In this document: piece by piece, positions 41,413 through 52,680 of the stretch
How the letters are laid out: each line of letters begins with the position of its first letter
Numbering within the stretch: position 1 is the first letter of the stretch
Assembly: GCF_028641065.1 (NCBI RefSeq)
Contig: NC_073381.1
Coordinates: forward strand, 18,662,001 to 18,726,000
Length of the DNA stretch: 64,000 nt
Origin: Leucoraja erinacea
Taxonomy: Eukaryota
Reading direction: 5' to 3'
Made by a program: the position numbers and the translations under genes
Notes under the pieces: model-generated
Told to the model about the DNA's origin: nothing
The model's database searches: none
What the model saw: the letters and a program-made list of their open reading frames with translations, nothing else

Positions 41413-42491
41413 TATTCTCTCTAGCGCGACTCTGTAACAAAAAAGGCACTTACCTGAGGTCTCGTCTTTATGCTGCAGCTGGAGAGCCTGGCTCCAGCTG
41501 CTGCCGCTGTTGCACTGCTGACGTAATGCCGCGCCTGCGCGCTGGGTGGGTTCTTCACGTAGTCACTCACGTGACTCCGAAGTAAAATTTACAGCAATTG
41601 AACACTAAATTCCTTCCATTTGGCCTATAAATTAATGTAAATGAGATTTCAAAATCATGTTTTATTGTGAATTATTTATGGATATTATTTTGACACTTGA
41701 GCTATTTAAAAATGTTAATCATTTATTAAGAAATGAATAGATGTTTAGATCTAGTAATTGAAGTTTGAAATTTGCTACACTTGGGTAACTAACTAATTAT
41801 ATGTTTCAATTTCAGGTCATCCAAGTTAGATTATTTTATATTTGTTTCAGAATGGTTCAATCTACGATAACTAAAAATTTCATTCAGTTCTCTTAATTTT
41901 TAAGAAGGTTATGGCCTTTTGACAGCACACGATCACAGCTTTTATGTTATGTCCATAGAAAATCAATAGGGGACAAGATGCTAATTTGTGAGTATGAAAA
42001 TGGCCATAACTTGTTAAATACTTGAGATATGAAAGTGAATTAGGTGTCAAATTAAACTTATTTTTATGCTTTATCTGATGGGATATATTACAGACTTGAT
42101 TTTTTAAATCTCAAAATTTTGTAACATTGCTATATAGAGTGACTGGGATCGGACAGGGAGAAAACTGAGCTCTAATTTGAGATCGACTCCCGTAGAAACT
42201 CCCGGTAACATCTGTTGTCCTTCTTCTAAAGTTGATCCGTTCCCAGCCGAGGTTCTTAGATACAGACAACGGTAAGACCAATTGCGTATGTATTTAAACA
42301 TTTTTTTTTAATGTTTGTCGAGTTGAGATATTCGGGGCTTAAGTCTGCCAAGTTGAGATATTCAGGGCTCGATATTTTGTGTATGTATTTTTTAAGTCTG
42401 CCGAGGAGAGATGTTCGGGACTTAAGTCTGCCGAGTTGAGATATTCGGGGCTCGATTGAGAAGTAGCTGGGCTGAGAAGAGACTCGCGGCC

Positions 42492-42790
42492 ATGGGGAAT
42501 AATCTGGATAAAAATTACAGGGGAACGCCCGTCCAACATGTGTAATTTGAATCCAAAAAGTAACAAAGACTATAGAATATTAAGTTATAAATTAACCAAA
42601 CATTTGGGAGATGAATCTTGGCCAGTAGGGGGCACATGGAGAAAAATAGAAGGAACATGGAATGTAGAAACTGTTTAAAAAGGATGGTATACCTAAGAAT
42701 TGGGATGTGTTACAAGCAGAATGGCATGATAAAACAGAAGGAAAAGGCCGGAAAAGAAAATGCCTGATTGAGTCGTAAATTAAGCAACAG
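42492..42790 (+). pseudogene. Decayed retroviral gag (matrix) start
   Basis: Myristoylation-type start MGNNLDKNYRGTP, then (frameshifted) KLTKHLGDESWPVGGTW, resembling the gamma/epsilon-type MA WPxxGT motif. Preceded by ~30-bp leader tandem repeats at 42317-42452. Confidence 0.6.
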
Positions 42791-43787
42791 TTAGTAAAAA
42801 TAAAATGGCGCCAAAACGAAATAACCCCGGGGACCCCTTGTCTGTGGCATGGTGACACTGTTTATGGAAGGGGGGGATAAGGAACAAATTCAGGGGAGAA
42901 TGGGGAACAAATTGCGACCCAGGGACGGAAAAGGAAGAAGAGAAAGAAGAGGAGAAAGGGCTGATGCAGAAGAGGAAGGAAGATCAGTAATGAATCAGCA
43001 GTGAGAGAGTTAAACAATGCAAAGCCAGAGTATCATTGACACAGGATACTACTGTCGGCCCTTGTCTCTGCCAAAACACCAAATTCTGCACATTGGTCCC
43101 CACAGAACCAAAGATTCTAGTAAACAGAATTGCCTTGCCAAGACATGGGTGATGTAAAGTTAATAGAGAGGGACGCCTCTTAGAGCGCAGCGCAATTTTT
43201 GGAAACGAGAGTGCGACACCATGGACTCTTTGACTGGTCTGTGGCTAACCCCTTTCGGAAACGTTTTGTGTAATTGATTTTTTTCTGTCCGTTCTTTTAT
43301 ATCATATACACAGCCTTACGAATGCTAGTAAGGAGGGAAAACCATGGAGATACAATTTCAAAACCTAATTTTCCTTTGTGAAAATTCCATTTAGTACATC
43401 ACGGGTGGAATGGTGGGCAAACCTATGAGTGTATTTAGGTGTATAAAAGTTTTAAGTTTGAATAATTTCCTTGAAGTTGTGTATAATTGTGTTACTTTTA
43501 AGTGACAATTGTCATGGTTCAAAGTGTGTGAATATCTGAGATTTAGAATATTGAATGAGGTGTGGCAATATGTGAGTGAATATCACAGACAAAAAGGTTT
43601 TAAGAGGTAGTGTCTCTTTAAGAAGTTGCAGTGTGGGGTGGAGCCACACTGTTATTTTCTTTTCCTCAGTTCTTTGGAAATGCTTATCTATTTATGTGGA
43701 AATTAACTGTTTATTCCTTGTGTTCTTTTGACTTAAACAGAGGAGAGATGCAAAAAAATGCAGTTGTTTGTCTTATCGATGTTTTAA

Positions 43788-44808
43788 TAGGTATGTTACA
43801 ATACTTACCTTCAGCGGCGCTGCAATTCTGCCTCTGGCCGTGTGCGCGATTTGGGCGCCTTTGGAGGGGGGTGGGGTTAAAACGCGTTTTTGTCCTACCT
43901 TATCCTGGATTATATTTGGTTGGAGTGCAAGCTTTTGCTGAAGAATCGTTCTGTGTAATTTTCTTCTTTTTTTTTTTAAATATATAATCGCCCGACAATT
44001 ACAGCGCTGGAGTAATTTTAAAATCAGCTACAGCCGTCAACGACGACAACGGGGACGGATTTCAGGTATGGGACAGGTAAACGAAAGCCGTTTATTTTAT
44101 ATATAAAAGTGGTCCTTAAGATGCCTTTAGTTCACATTTTAAGTTGCGAAACGATGATTTAGGACCCATACGAACCGGCAGTATTTTTGCTGCCAATAAG
44201 GGGTCTAAATTCACCGCAAACCGCAACGTTCCAAATGATCGCGTTCCAGAAAAACCCACTCGCAAGATGATAAGATGATTCCTTCCATTTGGCCTATAGA
44301 TCCATAAAAATGCAATTTAAAAATTATGTTATATTGTGAATTTTTGTGTGAATGTTATTTGGACACTTAGGCTATTTAAAAATGTTAATCTATTCTTAAG
44401 AAATTGATAAGATGTTTAGATCTAGTAATTGAATTTTGTAATTAGCTACAATTAGGTAACTAACTAATTATATGCTTTAATTTCAAGTCATCTAAGTAAG
44501 ATTGTTTCATATTTGTTTCAGAATGCTTAAATCTACAATAACTGAACATTTCTTTCAGTTCTCTTAATTTTTAAGAAAGTTATGGGCTTTTCACTGTCCT
44601 TGATCACAGCTTTTGTGTTAAGTCAATGGAAAAGCAATTGCACAATTGCACAAGATTCAAATATCCGAGTATGAAATGGCCATACCTTTTTTAATACTGA
44701 AGATATGAAAGTGAATTAGGTGTCAAATTAAACTTCTTTTTATGTTTTATCTGATGGGATAAATTACAGACTTGATTTTTAAAATCTCAACATTTTGTAA
44801 CATTGCTA
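43788..44808. mobile_element. Second, diverged copy of the ~1-kb TIR transposon with 7-bp TSD
   Basis: Termini TAGGTATGTTACAA ... TTGTAACATTGCTA with TSD GTTTTAA on both sides. Confidence 0.85.
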
Positions 44809-45369
44809 GTTTTAAGTTGGTTTTTTTTCCCTAATTGGAAATGCCAATATCACAAAAAAAAAGAAAATGTTGATTTTGGAAATTTGTGAATGGTATGCAT
44901 TTATGCTAGGAATTTCAGGTTGTGAATTTGGGGAGATAGATTGGAACAATTGGGAATAATTTTTTTTATTGTTTTTTTCCCTAATAATGATTTATTTTTT
45001 AACGGATATTGGCAAAGTTATGGATAACTGATTTTGAGTTTGAGTTCTTTTGGGAAAGCTTGTTTTGATAATAGTGTTTGTCTTTTACAATTCAAATGAG
45101 CAGCCAGGTTTCCTGTCTTAATTGTTTTGATGTGATCATAGCGTTTGTCTTTTAGAATGCAAATAAACAGCCAGGTTCCTGTCTCCAGACAAACAAATAT
45201 GTGGAGGCTTGAAGCATGTGCTGTGTAAGGGACAAATTAAGGTCCATGCAATATTGTGTTAGTTGATCACATCAGACCGTGGCTTACAAAAGGGGGTTTG
45301 AGGGAACTCACGATGAGGGGTAAAAAGTGAGAGATAAAATAGATTGGGGAGGAGAAACATATTTGGACA

Positions 45370-45592
45370 ATTGAAGAGATAATATTTAGGTGGGGGTCCC
45401 TCTTCAGAAAGACTCGGATCAAGGAACAAGTTAACAGGGAAGGTGATGAAGGAGGCTTCTAAAGACTGATTTCACATTTCAAAACCACCCTCAGAGATTT
45501 AGTGGAGGGAATGAATAGGACACTGAAGAGATTAAGTAAATTCTTGACCGAGACTGGACAGGAATGGGTTAAGGTATTCCCAGCCATTCTGA
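45370..45592 (+). pseudogene. Decayed retroviral integrase core
   Basis: EEIIFRWG..DSDQG and NHPQ..LVEGMNRTLK.LSKFLTETGQEWVKVFPAIL, comparable to HPQSSGQVERMNRTLK. Confidence 0.75.
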
Positions 45593-45822
45593 GGATTTAT
45601 GATTTGGAAGAGAGAATTAGGAGCAACACCAGCAAGTTTGTGGATGACACAAAGCTGGGTGGCAGTGTGAACTGTGAAGAGGATGTTAGGAGGTTGCAGG
45701 GTGACCTGGACAGGTTGAGTGAGTGGGCAGATGCGTGGCAGATGCAGTATAATATAGATAAATGTATTATTATCCACTTTGGTGGCAAAAACAAGGGAGC
45801 ACATTATTATCTCAATGGAAGG
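45593..45822 (+). mobile_element. CR1 RT fragment truncating the ERV
   Basis: [38 protein letters not shown]. Confidence 0.8.
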
Positions 45823-45989
45823 TACACAAAAAAGCTGGAGAAACTCAGCGGGTGCAGCAGCATCTATGGAGCGAAGGGAATAGGCAACGTTTCGGGCCGA
45901 AACCCTTCTTCAGACTGATAGGGACTGATAGGGGGTGGTGGGGAGAAAGAAGGAAAAAGGAGGAGGCGGAGCTAGTTAGGGTTGTGCAG

Positions 45990-46800
45990 GGTGATTCAAG
46001 AATCTGATGATTGATGGAAAGAAGCTGTTGTAAAACCTGGAGGTGATGGTTGTCAGACTTCTGTACTTTCTTCCCAACGGTAACAGAGAGAAGACAATGT
46101 GGACAGAGTGGTGCAAGGCTTTGATAATATTAGTTGCCTTCTTGAGACAACACTTCCTGTAGATATTTCAATGGTGAGGAGGTCAGTATCTGCGATGGAC
46201 CCGACAACAACCACCACTTTCTATAACCGCCTCTGTTCTTGAGTGATCGCATTTTCCAAACCATGCCATGATGCAACCAGTTAGTATGCTCTCCACCATA
46301 CACTCGTAGAGGTTCAATAGAGTATTTGGCAACACGTCTAATCTCCTCAAACCTCTGAGCTTTTTTTGTGATTGCATCAATGTGCTGGGACCAATGCAGA
46401 TATGCTTACACCCAGGAGCTTGAAGCCATTGACACTCAGTATTGCTGCCCCGACAATAAAGACAGGTGCATGATTCCTCTGCATTCCCTTCCAACAAAGT
46501 CAACACTCAGCTCCTTGATCTTACTAATATTAAGGGAAAGATTATTGTTCTGGCATCACTCAACCAAATTGTTGATCTCCCTCATATACTTGTTGTTCCC
46601 TGTTAGCAGTCTAATAGCAATGGTATGGTTAGAAAATTTAAAGATGACGTTGGAGCTATGTCTGTCTGCAGCATGAACATGGAGAGTAGAGCGGGGGACT
46701 GAACAAGCAGCCCTGAGATGCCCGTGTTGATGGACAGCGAGGAGATGATTATGCTCCCAATCCATACTGATTGAGGTCTGCTGATGAGGAAGTTGAGGAA
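45990..46800 (-). mobile_element. Rex1/Babar LINE fragment
   Basis: NFLISRPQSVWIG...SINTG and LYECMVESILTGCIMAWFG. Confidence 0.7.
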
Positions 46801-47104
46801 GAGTTTAAACCATTCATGGATATTTTCGGGGCTATGTGGTAGACAATATTCTTCCCATTTAAGAAACACAACTAAGAAAAAATGAGCTACTGGAAAACAC
46901 AGAGACAAATATGACTGTGCAAATTCGTAAAATCAATAATTTAAGATTAAATGTGCAAATGCTAGAGTTGATCACCACAAACTCCCTAAAATTCTCCAAA
47001 GTAGATTGCAGAATGTTATGGCAGATTTTAAAAATTCTTGATATTTAGTTTAGAAATGAGTACATTAAACACACCAATTACAATGACGAAATTAAGTACA
47101 GTAC

Positions 47105-47293
47105 CTGATCAACAATGGAATCCAAGGTACTAAGTAGTAGGAATCCTCGACCCCGAACGAGATATTCTCCCAATGCGACCATATGGCTTTCTTCCTCCTC
47201 TTCCTTATCCTCAGACCTCTGAGACACAGCATTACAAAGCTGGTGCACATCTGTCAGGAATTCCCGTGCTAAAGCATTACAGACACTGCTCAT
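47105..47293 (-). CDS. LYST: LYST first coding exon ([23 protein letters not shown]...LDSIVDQ)
   Basis: Matches the LYST N-terminus (human [26 protein letters not shown]...GRGFLLL). Acceptor tttccacAG at 47302-47301 is followed by 7 nt of UTR, then ATG. Donor GTACTG, phase 0. Confidence 0.96.
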
Positions 47294-49974
47294 GTCTGAG
47301 CTGTGGAAAGATGCAAACTCTGTTTAGAATATTTTAAAAGCAGATGACGGTCCAATCTCCTTCACTCAACTTTCAAGATAATCTTACTCCTGACTGCTAT
47401 TTTTGGAAGGAGGGTTCTCAACAGTGATTACAAAAGCTAAACTTTAGAACTAACTAAACATTATGCAATTGATAAGCCTCCCTTTCAAGCAAAACCAGAA
47501 GAAAAAATAAATTAAATTTCACAGTCCTGGTTATTTACAAATTTCACAGAAATTATGCATCTATAGCAAGTTAAACTCACCCATTTCACCCATTTTATGC
47601 AGTCATATATGAAACTAATGTCAGATATTAAAAAGTTAGAGTTAAACACTAAATCCTTTACATCATTTCAGGCGTCTTGTTTCACTGGGAATATCTGATG
47701 CTTCCTAAAAGATCTTGTAAGTTCTTATATTGGAGCCAATTATTGAAATCCTCCACCCTAAATCATTGAGATATGAACAGATAAAAGTCAAGGTCTAGAT
47801 TCAGAAATGTTAAAACCACGTGGCATCATGTGATATCACATGGATGATCTCCCATACAAAAAAGCATTACATATTACAACATAACAAACAGGCTTACTGT
47901 TTCATCCATGCTTGATAATTGATTTAGTAAAAAGTAATGAAAATAGACAGTGCTTTCTCTGCAACATTCTACATTGGTCTAAGACTAAATATCCGGAAGT
48001 GGCGGTGCTGCCCGAGCAACTGCGGCTCGCCTGCAGTCTGTCTATCTTTCCTTTTTTTGTTTTCTTTTTGTCTTGTTAGAGGTATGTTTCAGTCTATTTT
48101 TAGTTGTGTACATGTAGGGGGTGGGGGAAACTTTTTTTTAATCTCTTCCTTCAACGGGAATGCGACCTTTTCCTTGACGTATCTCCGTCTCCGCTGAGGC
48201 CTAATATTGTGGAGCGGGCAGCCTCCAACTGGAATCAACCTTGGGGGCTCCGGTGGCAGAGCTGTGGACTTACCATCATTGAGCTGGCTGACTTTGGAGG
48301 CTGTGGTGGCGCTGTGGCTGCGACCCGACTTCGGAGTCTCGGAGACTTCGGCCGCAAGCCCTGTGGACGGTAACATTGGGAGCTCGCAGGTCCCTGGTTG
48401 GTGACCGATTTTCGGGAGCTCCCGCAACAGCAGCTTCGTCCTCCCCGAATCGCGGAGTTTGAATCGGCCCGTTCGCGGAGTTTAAAATCGGCCGCGGGAT
48501 TTACCATCGCCCGGCGGGGGCTTCAACATCGAGAGCCTCGATCGCCTCTACGCAACGGGAGAACAAGCAAGGAAGATATAAGACTTTTTGCCTTCCATCA
48601 CAGTGAGGAGGTGCCTGGAGATTCACTGTGGTGGATGTTTGTGTTAAATTGTGTTCATTGTGTGTTTTGTTGCTTTTTTTCTGTCATGACTGCATGGTAC
48701 AAAATCTCGTTCAAACTTGTTTGAATGACAATAAAGGAAATTCAAATTCAAATTCAAATGATTGATAAGTCTGTCTTTCAAACACCCTCTTTCACAACAT
48801 GCAGGGTCTGAAACTTGCTGCCCGAAAGAGTGGTTAAGGCAGAAATAATCTTAACATTTAAAAAGAGCCCAGATGAGCGCATAATGTGTGCTGCCCCACA
48901 ATGACATGACCCCAAAACTGGAAAGTGGGATCAGTAGAGGAAGCTTTGTTTCTGGGCAGCATAGATGTGACAAGCTGCCTGGCCTTTTTCTGTTGGGGTA
49001 TACATTTATGATTATGAATGTAAATGTCAGCAAATCTGCTCCAAAAAATTGATAACTAAAAACAATTACACTTCAAATTTTGGATATTATAAAAATAGAT
49101 TATTCGAATTTTTTAAAGTTTTGCTTAAAACGGCATGTTGCTCTTATATATCAATCATCTTTTGTGGAATAATTCAATAGGATAATTATTTCAAAATGTT
49201 TTCACCAAAGGGAGACTTGTTAATAAGTGCCAATCACTTCTGTAATGAGCATAAATGCACCATGAAGATACAGATCAGGTCAACTTATGTTATTAGGTGC
49301 TTAACTGTTCTAGTTATAAAGTATGAATGTTTAACAAACATATATTAATATCTTTGGACATTAAAATAATATAGCAAAAATGTCCAAAAGATTAATTCTG
49401 GATTTGTTCAGGTATTAAAACACCTCTGTGAGAAAAGTTATAACTTGATTACCTCCACTGCACAAAGATTTTGTTAATATTTAAGAATATATCCCCAAGT
49501 AGATATGACATCCTCAAATTACTGACAGCTAAAGCAACAGTAAACCATATCACCGTGTGCAGTTAACAGAAATTGCATATCATGCACCCGCAGCAATTTG
49601 TTTACATATGTAAAATGCGCTTTGCGTGTCTTCCTTTCTATGGAGATTTCAATTAGGTTCACTTAATTATGATGCTTAACTGAAAATGAATGCACACATT
49701 TTCATAACTGGGTTCTTCGCAGGCAATGCCTCAGGATTAGGATCACTTGCTTCGAGTTGCACGGGTTCTGAAGAGCAGGAGTTGTTTGATAGGGTCAGCA
49801 GATTTCCAATAAAGGAGATGGCGCAATCCTCCTACTGTTTACACTGGGGTTCTGTATGCTTTCCATAAAGCGACGCTAGATTACCAGTGCCATCCCAATG
49901 AGAACAATAGCACTATTCAGCATAGGAACGGGCCCTTCAGCCCACGATGTTTGTGCCGAACATGATGCCATATC

Positions 49975-51330
49975 ATAGATGAGGCCCTCACACATCTCCT
50001 CTGCATCTCGGAGTTCCGCTCTTACTCCCCTTTCCCCAAGTCTTAACAGTGACCCCTAGTCCTAATCTTTCGCCCCATCAGCTGAGCCATACAACATATT
50101 ATCTGCCGATTTTTATCACCTCCAACGTGATCCCATCACTAGTCACATCTTCCCATCTCCACTCCTTTCTGCCTTCTGCAGAGACTGTTTCCTCCAGTAC
50201 ACCCTGGTTCATTCATCCCTTTCCACACAAACTACCCCTCTCCAGGAACTTTCCCCTGCAACTGCAGGAGATGCAACACCTCTCCTGATACCTCCTCCCT
50301 CGACTGCACCCAGAGTCCACGACAGTCCTTTCAGGCGAGGCAGAGGTTTACTTGCACCTTCTCCAACCTCATCTACTGTATCCAGTGCTCTCAGTGTGGG
50401 CTCCTGTATATCAACGAGACCAAGCGTAGCCCCAGTTACTTTCATCTTCAACCACAGGAGATGTAACACCTGTCCCCACACTTCCTCCCTCACATCTATC
50501 CAAGCACCCCACCAGTTCTTCTAGATGAAACAGAGGCGCAGGTGCACCTCTCCTCTAACTGCAGCCTTGGGGTACCCCAATAGTCACTGCCTGCCATTGT
50601 GAAAAGGACCCGTTTACTCCTACTCTTTGCTCCCTGTTTGCCAATGCCCCAGTTCCATCTTCAACCACAGGAGATGTAACACCCTCAGCACCCACCAGTT
50701 CTTCTAGATGAAACAGAGGCGCAGGTGCACCTCCTCTAACCTCATCTACTCTATCCAGTGTTCCCAATATGGTCTTCTGTACATCAGCAAGACCAATCAT
50801 AGACTCAGTGACCACACTGACCTTTGTGTCCTGGGCCTCCTCCATTGCCAAAATGAGGCCACAAGTAAACTGGAGGAACAGCACCTCATATACTGCTTGG
50901 GTAGCTTACAACCCAACTGTATGAACATTGAATTCTCCAATTTCAGGTAACCTCTAACTAATCTCTGTGCAGAGATGCTGCCTGAGCTGCTGAGTTATCT
51001 CAGCACGTTGGGTCCTTTTATGTATTAAACAGCATCTGCTGTTCTTTGTTCAGTCCGCCTTGGCCTATACGATCTCGCGGTTGCCAAACATTTTAACACC
51101 CCTTCCCGTACTGGGGCCTCTCTGTCCTGAGCCTCCTCCATTGTCAGAGTGAGGCCACACGCAAATTGGAGGAACAGCACCACAATTTGCTTGGGCAACG
51201 TACAACACGGTCGTACAAACTTTGATTTCTATAATTTCATGTAACTCCTGCATTTCTACCCCCCTCCACCTGCGCACCGTAGTGGGTCCCATTAGCTCCA
51301 GTTTACACCCTTTTATCCCTGCAGTTAGTG
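49975..51330 (+). mobile_element. Rearranged, partially tandem Penelope-like fragments
   Basis: Repeated CNCRRCNT, SNLIYCIQC and KLEEQHL modules, with an internal duplication at 50440-50553 / 50650-50740. Confidence 0.7.
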
Positions 51331-51815
51331 CACCTTCCCCAACTAACAATGAGCCAATATGGACTCTACCCTTGCTATTGAGGAGGTGCAGCGTAGGTTT
51401 ACCGGGTTAATTCCTGGGACGGCGGGACCGACAAATGACCAGTGATGGAAATGGGGGGTATGCAGGGGGACGCCGTTCACCTACTTTTCAGTTTCCAGTT
51501 TCCATCCTGTGCGTGAATTCGCAGCTTTATCCTTTGCTACTTAATGAAGGGCGAGCGAACGAGCGGACAGACGGACGAAAGCAACGATCATCGGGCGCAA
51601 TAGATGACATTTCGGGTCGAGAACCTTCTTCAGACTGAGTCAAGGGAAAGAGGAACAAGAGATATAGACAGTACTACGGACAAATGAATGGAAGTTATGC
51701 CTATATTTCCCATCTCCCTTGACCGTCAGTCTGAAGAAGGGTCTCGACCTGAAATGTCACCTATTCCACACTATGATCGTTGCTTTCGTCCGTCTGTCCG
51801 CGCTTTCGCTCACTC

Positions 51816-51898
51816 TGATCGGTGCAGGCCGAGACCAGGAGCAGGGCGAAGGATGACATCAAACGGGTCATGGCAGCTATCGAAAAAGTACGGAAATG
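51816..51898 (+). pseudogene. BCL7: Fragment of BCL7-family exon 1 with its splice donor
   Basis: Translates [28 protein letters not shown]|GTAAG, against BCL7A [31 protein letters not shown]. No ATG; CGA>TGA and CGG>CAG changes. Confidence 0.9.
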
Positions 51899-52161
51899 GT
51901 AAGGGGGAAATTTTTTTTTTTAAAAAGCACCCGAAGGAAACAGATGTTTAACAAAAGAAAAAGGGAGCCGGCGATCGCTCCGTGTCCGTGTCGGAGGGGG
52001 GAGGAGGATGGCTTGAGTGGGTGCAGGATTTTCTGGAGCTCCTTCCAAATGGCAATATTTTGTATGTTCAAAGTTAATAAGGAGGACTAGGCAGGAATAT
52101 CAAAATGATCACCTGCAGCTGAGAAAAAAAAAAGATGATTTGTGCATGAAGAAGCCATGAC

Positions 52162-52281
52162 CAAAGCAACGATACTAGAGCGGAGACGATGCCGGTTACG
52201 GAAATGGTGCTGAAGATTACCCATGACCCTACTACGGCTTTTTCGTCGAGTGGACTATCTTGCTCCACTATAGGATCTATG
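52162..52281. mobile_element. Small CAAAG...CTATG TIR element (P-like family), no TSD
   Basis: Right end gagtggactatcttgctccactataggatctatg resembles the right end of 57692-58294. Confidence 0.6.
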
Positions 52282-52282
52282 G

Positions 52283-52680
52283 TTTCCAGTCTCCACGAGA
52301 TGGAGAGTGTGGAGGAATGTGGCGCTGCAAGGACAGTCCACGTCTTACACCAGCTCATCGGAACTTTTCCCAATTCCATAATGACTGTCTAAGAACTTGG
52401 CCCTCATCAGACCTGGCGTCTCTCCGCCGTAAATGGAGTTCACCTCCTGGACACTCAACTCGTAGACCACCCGCTCCTTCCTGAAGCGGATATCAAAGAG
52501 CTGTAAAACGCTGGCGGGACTGTGGCGGAACGCAAACTCTCAGTCAAAGTAGTGAACGTGGTTGTTTACAACGTGGTATCTTGGTCCACGTGGCTCGAAC
52601 TGGAGGGGGCCGTAGGTTTGAAACTTCAGGCGAGGTCTCAGCGAGGCATAGTTGGGATGCAAATCTGTCCTTCGGATCTC
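52283..52680 (-). pseudogene. Copper-containing amine oxidase (AOC1/AOC3 family) fragment with two nonsense codons
   Basis: One frame reads NYASLRPR...GPLQFEPRGPRY...D*EFAF...LFDIRFRKERVVYELSVQEVNSIYGG...KFLDSHYGIG...ELV*DVDCP..ATFL. Stops at 52542 and 52347. Confidence 0.9.

Larger units (their letters stand above)
36793..41588 (-). mobile_element. DIRS1-type tyrosine-recombinase retrotransposon, full length (~4.8 kb)
   Basis: Gene order gag, RT/RH/MT, YR. Inverted terminal repeats at 36866-36901 and 41526-41561, ICR at 37016-37128, AAT at both junctions. Confidence 0.95.
36302..42132. mobile_element. ~1.04-kb non-autonomous TIR transposon with 7-bp TSD, split by the DIRS insertion
   Basis: Termini TAGGTATGTTGCAAA ... 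TTTGTAACATTGCTA with TSD TATAGAG on both sides. Colinear with the uninterrupted copy at 43788. Confidence 0.85.

Noticed and set aside
41432-41453. 22-nt GT-AG micro-intron in the DIRS leader
   Set aside because: Below the vertebrate minimum intron size; treated as independent donor and acceptor sites.
51440-51509. cagtgatggaaa as the left TIR of a large element carrying the gene fragments
   Set aside because: Its likely partner (tttccatcctg) is only about 70 bp away, and no distal TIR or TSD was found.
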